Below are positions 47,661 to 56,365 of a stretch of DNA of 64,000 nt, piece by piece. The stretch is from Candidatus Omnitrophota bacterium (GTDB lineage: Bacteria; Omnitrophota; Omnitrophia; Omnitrophales; JACROU01). The stretch lies in NCBI GenBank assembly GCA_029261035.1, contig JAJDCD010000023.1:38501-102500 (forward strand). Direction: 5' to 3'. Within the stretch, counting starts at the first letter, position 1, and each line of letters opens with the position of its first letter. The notes beneath the pieces are model-generated. The model worked only from the letters and a program-made list of their open reading frames with translations, had not been told where the DNA came from and ran no database searches. The position numbers and the translations under genes were made by a program.

Positions 47661-48059
47661 ATGACCGCTCTCACAAGAAGGCCTCAAGGTATTGGTGTGG
47701 ATATTGTTGATGCAACTCGAATTCAGAATTTTATAGAGAAGCATGAATCGAGTTTAAATAAGATTTTAACCGAATCTGAATTGCAGAAGATGATGGAAAG
47801 CACAGATAGAGTTAGTTATTTAAGCTATTTGTTTTCGGCAAAAGAAGCGGTGTTTAAAAGTTTAGATTTAGCATGGTTTGGAATAGAAGGTTTTAGAATG
47901 ATTGAAGTGACTTTGAATTTAGAGCAAAACCAAGCAACGGCAGTATTAACAGACAATCTTTTAGAGCAAACTCAAAGTTGGTGGGATGAAACACTTATCG
48001 ATTTTGAAACGAAAGATAACAGCGTTGTTGCAAAGGCGATCAGTTACAGCAAAACATAA
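47661..48059 (+). CDS. acpS: Holo-ACP synthase (phosphopantetheinyl transferase)
   Basis: GIGVDIV, FSAKEAVFKSL. Confidence 0.88.
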   Translation: MTALTRRPQGIGVDIVDATRIQNFIEKHESSLNKILTESELQKMMESTDRVSYLSYLFSAKEAVFKSLDLAWFGIEGFRMIEVTLNLEQNQATAVLTDNLLEQTQSWWDETLIDFETKDNSVVAKAISYSKT

Positions 48060-48074
48060 TGTCAGAGGAAAGTT

Positions 48075-48102
48075 TGTCATCCTAGAGCGAAGCGAAGGAT
48101 CT
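48075..48102. repeat. TGTCATCCT...GAGCGAAGCGAAGGATCT REP-like element
   Basis: TGTCAT start shared with dRS3/RPE-like copies. Confidence 0.55.
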
Positions 48103-48146
48103 GTTTACTTCTATTAAAGAGGCCGTTCTATAAAGGAGAATTTAAT

Positions 48147-48635
48147 TTGCGTTGGTATATGTTGGATAAATTTAATTTTATTGATGTAGAGAAGAACCAG
48201 TCTCAAGCTGTAAAAGCCCTATCCCGTGGTGATGGTTTTTTTGAAGAACATTACGATTTATATCCCGTACTTCCAGAATCTGTTCAGATTGAGATGATTG
48301 CTCAAGCCGGAGGAGTTCTTGTAGGGGCCGCTTTAGATTTTAAAAAAGAAATTGTTCTAGGAAAAATTGATTTTGCGCGTTATGAAAAAACAATCTTACC
48401 GCCCGCCCAATTGGTGATAGATGCTTGGGTCGAAGAAAAACATGATGAAGGAGCTCGGATCCAGGGGGAAATTACCTGTGACGGACAGCTTGTAAGTGAG
48501 GCGAGCATTTTATTGATTTATATGGATCAACTTGATTCAAAAACAGATCTTAAAAGTGGAGAGTCTATTGTATTTAGTGATAACTTTCTAAATGCACTTC
48601 AAATCAGGGAGCATTTAAAGGTGTCTACTTCATGA
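48147..48635 (+). CDS. Second, divergent FabZ-like hotdog protein
   Basis: EHYDLYPVLPESVQIEMIAQ resembles the FabZ H...P...E motif; TTG start with SD aaggag. Confidence 0.75.
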   Translation: MRWYMLDKFNFIDVEKNQSQAVKALSRGDGFFEEHYDLYPVLPESVQIEMIAQAGGVLVGAALDFKKEIVLGKIDFARYEKTILPPAQLVIDAWVEEKHDEGARIQGEITCDGQLVSEASILLIYMDQLDSKTDLKSGESIVFSDNFLNALQIREHLKVSTS

Positions 48636-49927
48636 AGCGTAGAGTTGTAATTACGGGTTTGGGGGCAATTTCTTGTTTGGGCCATGGAGTGAATCCTTTG
48701 TGGGAGGCGGCCGTTAAAGGAGAAAGTGGTCTTAAAGAGATTGATTCTTTTGATTATGGTGATTTTCCTGTGCGATTGGCAGGTGAAGTTAAAGAATTTA
48801 AACCTCAGGATTACATTAAGAATCGTAAATCCATTAAAGTGATGTCGCGGGATATTCAGCTGGCCTGTGCTGCCAGCACCCTTGCATTTCAAGATTCTAA
48901 AATTAAAGAGGAGGAGCTCAACCCCGAAAGAGCGGGGGTTTGTATGGGAGCGGGTCTCTTAGATAATGAAGTTGATGAAATTGCGGCAGGGATTAAGAGT
49001 TCTTTGGATGAGCAAGGTATTTTTCAGATGAAAAAATTTGGTTCGGATGGATTGGACTCGTTATTTCCTCTTTGGATGTTAAAGTACTTGCCCAACATGC
49101 CGGCTTGTCATATTTCCATCAATCATAACCTTCAAGGGCCTAGCAACACGATTACCACTTCTTGTTCTTCTTCGATCCAGGCGGTTGGAGAATCTTTTCG
49201 TATTATTGAACGGGGAGATGCAGACGTGATGTTTGCTGGAGGCGCTGAAAGCAGAGTAAATCCTTTGGGGATTTCTCGCTATCATTTATTTAATGCGCTT
49301 CTTCAAGGCAAAGATAAAACAAAAGAAGATTACAGCCCTTTTGATAAGAGTCGTTCGGGGTTTATTGTTGGTGAAGGTTCTGGGGTTGTTATTTTAGAAG
49401 AGTTGGAGCACGCTCAAAAACGAGGAGCGCGTATTTATGCAGAAGTTCGAGGTTACGGAAGCTCTGCAGATTATAATTATTTCCCCAATGAATTAACGGA
49501 TTCGGATGGTAGAGAGATTGCGATGTCTACAGCGTGTAGTGATGCGGATATTCAACCCGATAATGTAGACATGATTCATGCACATGGGAGCGGGATAGAT
49601 AAAGACGACTTGTTAGAAGCTCGAGCCATTCATGAAGTGTTTCAAGCAAAAGCGAAAGAAATTCCAGTCGTAGCAACTAAGGCATTAATGGGTCACTCTG
49701 GTTTTGCTTCTGGAGCCTTTCAAGTTATCCTTTCGGCAAAGATGTTAGAGGAGCAAAAAATATTATCCACGCTTAATTACACAACCCCAGATTCAGATAT
49801 TAACCTTAATATGAGTAAAGAGCTAAAAACAGGCGTTGATGTTTCAACGATTCTTTCTAATGCATTTGGTATGAGCGGGCAAAACGCTTCTCTCGTTTTA
49901 ACTTCTACACCCGGAGGGGATAAGTAA
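48632..49927 (+). CDS. fabF: Beta-ketoacyl-ACP synthase II-like (KS1)
   Basis: RRVVITGLG, TTSCSSS, GEGSG, HAHGSG, GHSG, SNAFG. Confidence 0.88.
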   Translation: MKRRVVITGLGAISCLGHGVNPLWEAAVKGESGLKEIDSFDYGDFPVRLAGEVKEFKPQDYIKNRKSIKVMSRDIQLACAASTLAFQDSKIKEEELNPERAGVCMGAGLLDNEVDEIAAGIKSSLDEQGIFQMKKFGSDGLDSLFPLWMLKYLPNMPACHISINHNLQGPSNTITTSCSSSIQAVGESFRIIERGDADVMFAGGAESRVNPLGISRYHLFNALLQGKDKTKEDYSPFDKSRSGFIVGEGSGVVILEELEHAQKRGARIYAEVRGYGSSADYNYFPNELTDSDGREIAMSTACSDADIQPDNVDMIHAHGSGIDKDDLLEARAIHEVFQAKAKEIPVVATKALMGHSGFASGAFQVILSAKMLEEQKILSTLNYTTPDSDINLNMSKELKTGVDVSTILSNAFGMSGQNASLVLTSTPGGDK

Positions 49928-51216
49928 TGACGAGAAGGGTAGTGGTGACAGGGTATGGGATTGTTTCTCCAATGGCTCATAACGTTAAAGAAACATGGGA
50001 AGGGTTAATTCAAGGCCGTTCTGCAGTGGGCCCGATTAATTTATTTGACGCCTCTTCTTTTCCAACTCAAATTGCAGGTGAAGTTCGAAATTTTGATTTC
50101 GACCCTTGGCGGAAAAAAGATCCTCATTTAAAGTATGCTGCTCGGAATACGCAATTTGCAGTTCAGGCAGCCCACGAAGCTTTTACGAATGCGGGGTTGG
50201 ACACCTTCGATTATGACCCAAAAAGAACAGGCATCTACTTTGCTGCGGGAGATGGCGGAACCAATATCGCAAGTTTTGTTCAAGCTTTGTCGGAGTCTTG
50301 GGGGCAAAACGGACAAGTGATTAATAAAAGTAAATATTTGGAAGTCAGTCAGCCAGCATTTGATTATCATGATGAACTTGAGATTGATCCTTGTATGACG
50401 TTAGCTCACTTATCCCGAATCTTTCGTGTTCGAGGACCTGTGTCTAATTGTTTAACTGCTTGCGCGGCATCGAGCCAAGCAATCGGAGAAGCCTTTCAAT
50501 CGATTCGAAGAGGGAATGTAGATATTATGATTACGGGAGGATCTCATTCGATGATTCATCCATTTGGTCTTGCTGGATTTAATTTATTAACAGCCCTTTC
50601 TACCCAAAATGAACACCCTGAAAAAGCGAGCCGTCCTTTTGATCGAAATAGAGATGGTTTTGTTTTAAGCGAAGGTTCCGGAGTTCTTATTTTAGAAGAG
50701 TTGGAATATGCCAGAAAACGAGGAGCGCATATCTATGGTGAAGTGACTGGATATGGTTCTACAGCAGATGCTTATCGATTAACAGATACACACCCCGAAG
50801 GTCGCGGAGCTATTAAGGCAATGGAGCTTGCCTTACAAAGTGCCGGGTTAGAACCTAAAGATATTGGATACATTAATGCGCATGGAACTTCAACTGTGGT
50901 GAATGACCTTGTAGAAACGCAATCCATCAAAAAAGTGTTTGGAGATCAAGCTCAACAGATTCCTGTAAGTTCTATTAAATCCATGTTAGGGCATTTGATT
51001 GCCGCCGCTGGAGCTGTTGAACTAATTACTTCTCTGTTAGTGACTCAAAATGGAATTATTCCTCCAACCATCAATTATGATGAAAAGGATCCGAAGTGTG
51101 ATTTAGACTATGTGCCTAACCACTCAAGAGAAAAAAAGGTGGATGCGGTTTTAAGTAACTCATTTGGGTTTGGTGGCCAAAACGTTTCATTAATAGCAAG
51201 GAAGCTTAGCTCATGA
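49927..51216 (+). CDS. fabF: Beta-ketoacyl-ACP synthase II-like (KS2)
   Basis: TACAAS, NAHGTST, KSMLGHL, SNSFGFGG. Confidence 0.92.
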   Translation: MTRRVVVTGYGIVSPMAHNVKETWEGLIQGRSAVGPINLFDASSFPTQIAGEVRNFDFDPWRKKDPHLKYAARNTQFAVQAAHEAFTNAGLDTFDYDPKRTGIYFAAGDGGTNIASFVQALSESWGQNGQVINKSKYLEVSQPAFDYHDELEIDPCMTLAHLSRIFRVRGPVSNCLTACAASSQAIGEAFQSIRRGNVDIMITGGSHSMIHPFGLAGFNLLTALSTQNEHPEKASRPFDRNRDGFVLSEGSGVLILEELEYARKRGAHIYGEVTGYGSTADAYRLTDTHPEGRGAIKAMELALQSAGLEPKDIGYINAHGTSTVVNDLVETQSIKKVFGDQAQQIPVSSIKSMLGHLIAAAGAVELITSLLVTQNGIIPPTINYDEKDPKCDLDYVPNHSREKKVDAVLSNSFGFGGQNVSLIARKLSS

Positions 51217-52190
51217 TGTGGATTTATATTGTCTTAGGCATTTTTGTTGTAGCACTGTTTATTGCTTCTGCAGTTATCTCTCTAAAATATATTCGCATTG
51301 TTGCAGATAATATTTTAAATGTTCCTTTTCCTTTAGATCATCCCCGCACAAATACAGTTGTGAGCCAAGAAGTAGAATTTTCTTCTTATGACGGCACTCT
51401 CTTTCATGGCCAATTCATTGCATGTCCAAGTAGTTCCAAGAAAACCGTTATCTTCTGTCATGAGTATGGGTCGGAGCAAAGCTCTTGGAGTAAATATCTT
51501 TTTTATTTACCTCAAAATGGTTTCAATGTATTTACTTTTGATTTTAGAAAAGGAAAAGACAGGACGGGCCTTCATAAAAAAGGATTTAGCCCAAAGCAAT
51601 GGCCTACAAAAAAAGAATTACGAGATCTGCAAGCCGCTATTAATTACCTTCAAAAGCGCAATGACGTTGATGCTGAAAATTTAGGAGTGTTTGGAGTTTC
51701 TAAAGGAGGGGGGCTTGCGTTGTGTGCCGGAGCAAAGTCAAAACGAGTACGGGCTGTGATTGCTGACGGAGCTTGTCCTGTGGTTGCAACCATTAAAGAC
51801 TATATCGATAAATGGGCCAATATATATATTTACGAACCCGTATTAAAAAGACTTCCACAATTTATTTTGTACTCGCTGGCTTATTTCAGTATTCATTTTG
51901 CTTCCTTTAGATTGAGATCTAGAATTCTTTTTGTGGAAAATTATATTAAAAGATCAAAATCTCCTGTTTTTATTATTCATGGAGAAAAGGACAGTTATAT
52001 TCGTTCGGCGCATGCTAATTACCTTTATGACCGTGTGCCTACAGAAAAAGATGTGTGGGTTTGCTCTGGCGCTGCTCATAATGAGTCGGTTGTAACAGAG
52101 CCGGAAGAATACCAAAAGCGTGTCCTGTCTTTTTTTCAAAAGCATTTGAATGAAGAGAATTTAGAGCCGTCCTATAGTAAAAAGGAATAA
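51213..52190 (+). CDS. Membrane-anchored alpha/beta hydrolase
   Basis: N-terminal TM, GVSKGG nucleophile elbow, HGEKD, AAHN. Confidence 0.88.
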   Translation: MMWIYIVLGIFVVALFIASAVISLKYIRIVADNILNVPFPLDHPRTNTVVSQEVEFSSYDGTLFHGQFIACPSSSKKTVIFCHEYGSEQSSWSKYLFYLPQNGFNVFTFDFRKGKDRTGLHKKGFSPKQWPTKKELRDLQAAINYLQKRNDVDAENLGVFGVSKGGGLALCAGAKSKRVRAVIADGACPVVATIKDYIDKWANIYIYEPVLKRLPQFILYSLAYFSIHFASFRLRSRILFVENYIKRSKSPVFIIHGEKDSYIRSAHANYLYDRVPTEKDVWVCSGAAHNESVVTEPEEYQKRVLSFFQKHLNEENLEPSYSKKE

Positions 52191-52194
52191 TCTT

Positions 52195-52902
52195 ATGTTT
52201 AAAACGAAACTCACCGCACTTCTTATTTCTATTTTATTTATAAGCGGACCACTCAATGCAGAAACCCCAAAAACAACAGTAGAGTTGTTTGAGCTATTTA
52301 AAAACTTTGAGCCATCTTATGAAAAAATAGGGAACTATTCTGCGACTCTCAATAAAGAAGAGTTAGTTCGCGGAAAATGGGTCAAAGAGACACTGATATT
52401 TCATTTTCAAAAACCTTTTAAGATCAAGATCGAATGGTTAGAAGGGCCGAAGAAAGGTCGTAGAGCTTTTTTTGAAGAAGGAAAAAATAGTAATAAAATT
52501 ATAATCAAATTAGGCGGAGCTCTTGGAAAGATGTTTCCTAAGGTACGGATAGATCCTGATGGAGAGTTGGCAAAAGATGATGCGGATAGGACAATTCGGC
52601 AAGCTGGGTTGGGTTATCTCATGCAGGAAGTTTTTAAAGTGACTCAGGCGGGTTTGAATAACCAAGACTTAGAACTTACTTTATTGGAATCTGAAGACCC
52701 TAATGTATTTAAGGTCGAAAGAAGACTGCCATTAAAACCAGAAATTTACCCTAATGTTAAATTAATTGCCTACATCGATAAGATTACCGGAGTTCTTTTA
52801 GGTGTTGAAGAGTATGGTCTTGATGAAAAACTAAAAGGCACCTATGTTTATAATAACCTTAAAGTTAATGGACCCTTTACCGAAGAAAATTTTAAAGTTT
52901 AA
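52195..52902 (+). CDS. DUF1571-like exported protein (LolA-like)
   Basis: Signal peptide, NYSATLNKEE, KPF, IRQAGLG, Y-x-Y-x-NLKVN...F C-terminus. Confidence 0.7.
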   Translation: MFKTKLTALLISILFISGPLNAETPKTTVELFELFKNFEPSYEKIGNYSATLNKEELVRGKWVKETLIFHFQKPFKIKIEWLEGPKKGRRAFFEEGKNSNKIIIKLGGALGKMFPKVRIDPDGELAKDDADRTIRQAGLGYLMQEVFKVTQAGLNNQDLELTLLESEDPNVFKVERRLPLKPEIYPNVKLIAYIDKITGVLLGVEEYGLDEKLKGTYVYNNLKVNGPFTEENFKV

Positions 52903-52910
52903 AATAAATT

Positions 52911-52997
52911 CCCTTCTCCTCTTTGAGGAGAGGGTTAGGGTGAGGTGTGGTTTAAATTACCCTCATCCCAACCTTCTCCCTCTAAAGAAGGAGAAGG
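52911..52997. repeat. Two inverted copies of CCCTCTCC...GGAGAGGGTTAGGGTGAGG REP-like element
   Basis: 52911-52945 and reverse copy 52960-52997. Confidence 0.8.
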
Positions 52998-53013
52998 AGT
53001 ACAGTTGGTAAAC

Positions 53014-53676
53014 ATGAATTCTAAATACTCCCTTATTATATTTGATCTCGACGGCACACTCATAGATTCCCGCCAAGATATTGTAGATTCTGCAAACCGA
53101 ATGTTAAATGAGTTAGACTTACCCCAAAAAGGAGAAGAAGTAATAGCATCCTTTGTCGGACACGGTTTGGGCAATTTACTTTTGGACTGCATTGGTCTTG
53201 AAAACAAACATCTTGCAGATAAGGCGCTTGCGTTCTTTAAAAAAGATTACGAAGAACATATGCTTGATAAGACATGTTTGTTTCCAGAAGTGGATGATGT
53301 GCTGCAAACCATTTTTAATGGTTATTTTGATTCTGAAGTGATTCAGACGGTCGTGACGAACAAACCTCTTTATTATTCCGAGAAAATTTTACAGTTACTT
53401 AAAGCACACCACTATTTCAAAGTTATTTTAGGCGGGGATATGCCTATGCCAAAGAAACCTGCCCCGGACTCTGTGCAGCACTTATCTGAAACGTTTAAAG
53501 TGCCTAAAGAACAAATTTTATTTGTGGGGGATAGTCTTGTGGATATGCAGACAGCGAATAACGCTGGAGTTGATAGCTGTGCTGTTACCTTTGGTTTTGG
53601 ATCCTTAGAATCATTGACCAATGAAAATCCCACATATGTCATCAATAATTTCTCAGAACTCCTTGAAATTATTTAA
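53014..53676 (+). CDS. HAD-family phosphatase (phosphoglycolate phosphatase-like)
   Basis: FDLDGTL, VVTNK, KKPAP, VGDSLVD; start set at ATG 53014. Confidence 0.9.
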   Translation: MNSKYSLIIFDLDGTLIDSRQDIVDSANRMLNELDLPQKGEEVIASFVGHGLGNLLLDCIGLENKHLADKALAFFKKDYEEHMLDKTCLFPEVDDVLQTIFNGYFDSEVIQTVVTNKPLYYSEKILQLLKAHHYFKVILGGDMPMPKKPAPDSVQHLSETFKVPKEQILFVGDSLVDMQTANNAGVDSCAVTFGFGSLESLTNENPTYVINNFSELLEII

Positions 53677-53688
53677 GAGAATAGGAAA

Positions 53689-53905
53689 TGTCATTCCCGA
53701 AATCTTTTGTCGGGAATCCAGTTTTATTTAATGACTGTCACTTTTGAGACAGGGTGAGAAAAGTGGAATGTCTCAGATTGCCACAACTCCTTTGTTTATG
53801 TTTCGCAATCCAGTGTCTTTTCCCCTCTCCCCTTAGGGTAGAGGGTTAGGGGAAAAGACCAAAGAAAAGTCCATTTTACGCTTCACCTATAACGCTTCAC
53901 GAGCG
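53689..53905. repeat. Composite patch of REP-like elements
   Basis: tgtcattcccg...cgggaatccag 53689-53721, tgactgtcac 53732, cccctctcc...gagggttagggg 53822-53852, acgcttcac x2. Confidence 0.7.
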
Positions 53906-53921
53906 AAGAGGAACAGCCGTT

Positions 53922-54149
53922 ATGAGCAGCAATTTAGACTCCATTTTGACCGAAATGATCCTTCACCAGGAAAAAAAAGTGTTTGAAATAGCCCGCCAAA
54001 TCATCCCTCATATTACCCCCGAGGATGTGCTTAACCCCCAAGATTTCGCACAGTTAGAGCAAAACAGCCAATTCAACTATGAGGACGGAATTCTCTCGGG
54101 CCTCAAAAGTGCGCAAATGGCTGTTAGACAATCAGATACGACATGCTAG
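53922..54149 (+). CDS. Small hypothetical protein (75 aa)
   Basis: ATG with gagga SD; ITPEDVLNPQDF...FNYEDGIL looks like a conserved small-protein motif. Confidence 0.7.
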   Translation: MSSNLDSILTEMILHQEKKVFEIARQIIPHITPEDVLNPQDFAQLEQNSQFNYEDGILSGLKSAQMAVRQSDTTC

Positions 54150-54199
54150 AATTTATAATACTAAGACTGTAGTAGAGGTCTGCCTAAATAGGCCACCCC

Positions 54200-54253
54200 C
54201 CAAAGTGCCAGGCCATTCGCGACAAAAATGTAGTGAATGGCCTGGCACTTTGG
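54200..54253. repeat. GTGCCAGG...CCTGGCAC long hairpin
   Basis: ccaaagtgccaggccattcgc / gtgaatggcctggcactttgg. Confidence 0.8.
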
Positions 54254-54276
54254 AAGAAAGTTGAATTTTTGTTGCT

Positions 54277-55365
54277 ATGAAAAAAAAATTGATACCCGAA
54301 ATTCAACAATCGCTTCTTCGATGGTATCAGAAAGAAAAACGAGATCTCCCTTGGAGAAAAACAAAAGATCCCTACTCTATATGGATCTCTGAGATCATGC
54401 TTCAACAAACTCAGGTAGACACCGTTATTCCTTACTACAACCGATGGATGAAAAAATTTCCAACAATCCAAAAACTTGCTAAAGCAAACGAAGATGTCGT
54501 TTTAAAACATTGGGAAGGCCTTGGCTATTATTCTCGAGCTCGAAATATCCAACGTGCAGCTAAAACTGTTGAAAAAGACTTTGGAGGAAGGTTTCCAAAA
54601 ACAAGGGAGGACCTCCTCTCTCTTCCAGGAATTGGACTCTATACCGTAGGAGCTATTCTTAGCATTGCTTACAACAAAAGCGTTCCTTTGGTAGATGGTA
54701 ATGTAATTCGAGTTTTAACTCGTATTTTTAACATACACGATGATGTTCTAAAAGAAGACACAAAGAAAAAAATTTGGAGCATTGCTGGAGAATTAGTCCC
54801 CGAAAAAAAAGCGGGTGATTTCAATCAATCGCTTATGGAATTGGGTGCAACTCTCTGCACTCCGGGCACACCCCTATGTTTAATTTGTCCCGTCAACAGT
54901 TTATGTAAAGGGTTCAAAGAATCTACACCGAGTCTTTTACCCGTAAAGAAGAAAAAGATGGAAATAGAAAAATTCTTAGGATGGATGTTTTTAATTGAAA
55001 AAGATGGCCACTTTTTATTACAAAAAAGAAAAAAAGGAACGGTGATGGGCGGACTATGGGAATTCCCTTCTTTCAGAGAAGGTATTTATGACCATCCGAA
55101 ACTAGCCTTGAAAGCCAAAACAAAAATACTGTGTCCCAAAGCAGAGCTTAAAGGCACTGTCCCTGCCGCATTCACTAAGTACCGTGGGCTATTCCAGTTA
55201 ACCCACTGTCCTATGAGTAAGTCAAAAAGCATCAAGCCGGTTTTGGAGGAAGCAGAAGAAACCGCTTGGGCTAAACCAAAGGATTTTAAAAAATACACCT
55301 TCTCTGCCCCTACGAGAAAAGCGGTAGAGAAACTATCCCTTTCAGACTCAAGAAATAAGATTTAA
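54277..55365 (+). CDS. mutY: A/G-specific adenine glycosylase
   Basis: RDLPWR, SEIMLQQTQV, WEGLGYYSRARN, VDGNV, C-x6-C-x2-C-x5-C, GGLWEFP. Confidence 0.97.
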   Translation: MKKKLIPEIQQSLLRWYQKEKRDLPWRKTKDPYSIWISEIMLQQTQVDTVIPYYNRWMKKFPTIQKLAKANEDVVLKHWEGLGYYSRARNIQRAAKTVEKDFGGRFPKTREDLLSLPGIGLYTVGAILSIAYNKSVPLVDGNVIRVLTRIFNIHDDVLKEDTKKKIWSIAGELVPEKKAGDFNQSLMELGATLCTPGTPLCLICPVNSLCKGFKESTPSLLPVKKKKMEIEKFLGWMFLIEKDGHFLLQKRKKGTVMGGLWEFPSFREGIYDHPKLALKAKTKILCPKAELKGTVPAAFTKYRGLFQLTHCPMSKSKSIKPVLEEAEETAWAKPKDFKKYTFSAPTRKAVEKLSLSDSRNKI

Positions 55366-55370
55366 AAACC

Positions 55371-56216
55371 TTATGTCTTGAGATGCTCCGAATACATGTA
55401 CCCGTTATGAGTTTCTTGATCAAATTGTTTATTTATTTTTTGCTCGTGAGTTTCTTTAAGAGGAATGGAAAAATTTTGAACTTTAATGGCAGAATTCTGA
55501 ATTGCAGAACTTAATTCTTGAGGCGTCATTTCCAATACTTCCTCTCGCTTTGGAGGAATTTTTGGCGTTTTGATTCTTGTTCGAGAACCAATTCCCAATT
55601 CACGATATTCTGTTTCTGTTGGAGCTTCGAAAACAACAGGGGTAGTTAATCCTTCAGATGTATCCTTTGGAATAGCTAATTTAATATATTCAAAACGACA
55701 ATTAGGAGGACTTGTTCCGTATCCAATAGGACGTACGTTCGCACCTAAAATACGAATGAAATTTTGATTTCCCAAATAAAAGAAAGAAGATGAGATTTTT
55801 ATCTTATAAGTTCCTATTTCATCAATAACAACTTCTTTGATAACCGGCTTTACCCGATTAATATTCGTGCCGGCATCGATATTAAGTTTAACCGGGATAT
55901 CATTTTCATAATCTTTTTGGAGCACTTTAAAAGATAATTCAAAGTAAGGCGTATTTAACTGACGTGAGGTGAGTCTAAATATAAATGTGGTTTCATTCCC
56001 CTGCCAACCAAACTCATAAGGAATCAACTTTTCCACCCGAGCTCGATTTACATCTACTATTCGCTTTCCAAAAAAAACCATCGCATTTGCTCGTGAGGGC
56101 ACAACTTTCCATAGAGTATTCTCCTTAGACGGAGCCCCAAAAACCTCCGGAGATGGCGCCTGCAACACAAGCCCTATGATAAGAAATAAAATCCAATTTC
56201 GCATTATTGCTTCCAC
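55371..56216 (-). CDS. Hypothetical exported protein
   Basis: N-terminal hydrophobic signal-like segment; start may be ATG 56204. Confidence 0.7.
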   Translation of the reverse strand: MEAIMRNWILFLIIGLVLQAPSPEVFGAPSKENTLWKVVPSRANAMVFFGKRIVDVNRARVEKLIPYEFGWQGNETTFIFRLTSRQLNTPYFELSFKVLQKDYENDIPVKLNIDAGTNINRVKPVIKEVVIDEIGTYKIKISSSFFYLGNQNFIRILGANVRPIGYGTSPPNCRFEYIKLAIPKDTSEGLTTPVVFEAPTETEYRELGIGSRTRIKTPKIPPKREEVLEMTPQELSSAIQNSAIKVQNFSIPLKETHEQKINKQFDQETHNGYMYSEHLKT

Positions 56217-56365
56217 TCCTCTATTTCGAGATTTTTCTAAACTACAACTCGTAATCCACTACTAAATAAGGGGTTATGCCAATATTACCCTTTATTAAAG
56301 TGTAACACCTACATGAGAAAATGGGAGTTTTGTACCTAAGGAAGACTAAGTTAAAACAAGAGTGG

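Noticed and set aside
45662-52902. Ladderane or aryl-polyene cluster assignment
   Set aside because: No radical-SAM, methyltransferase, AMP-ligase or glycosyltransferase genes; product cannot be assigned
52945-53013. N-terminal extension of the HAD phosphatase (likewise 11216-11284, 45078-45116, 38058-38090)
   Set aside because: Extensions run through repeats, promoters or the previous gene; downstream ATGs fit the family start
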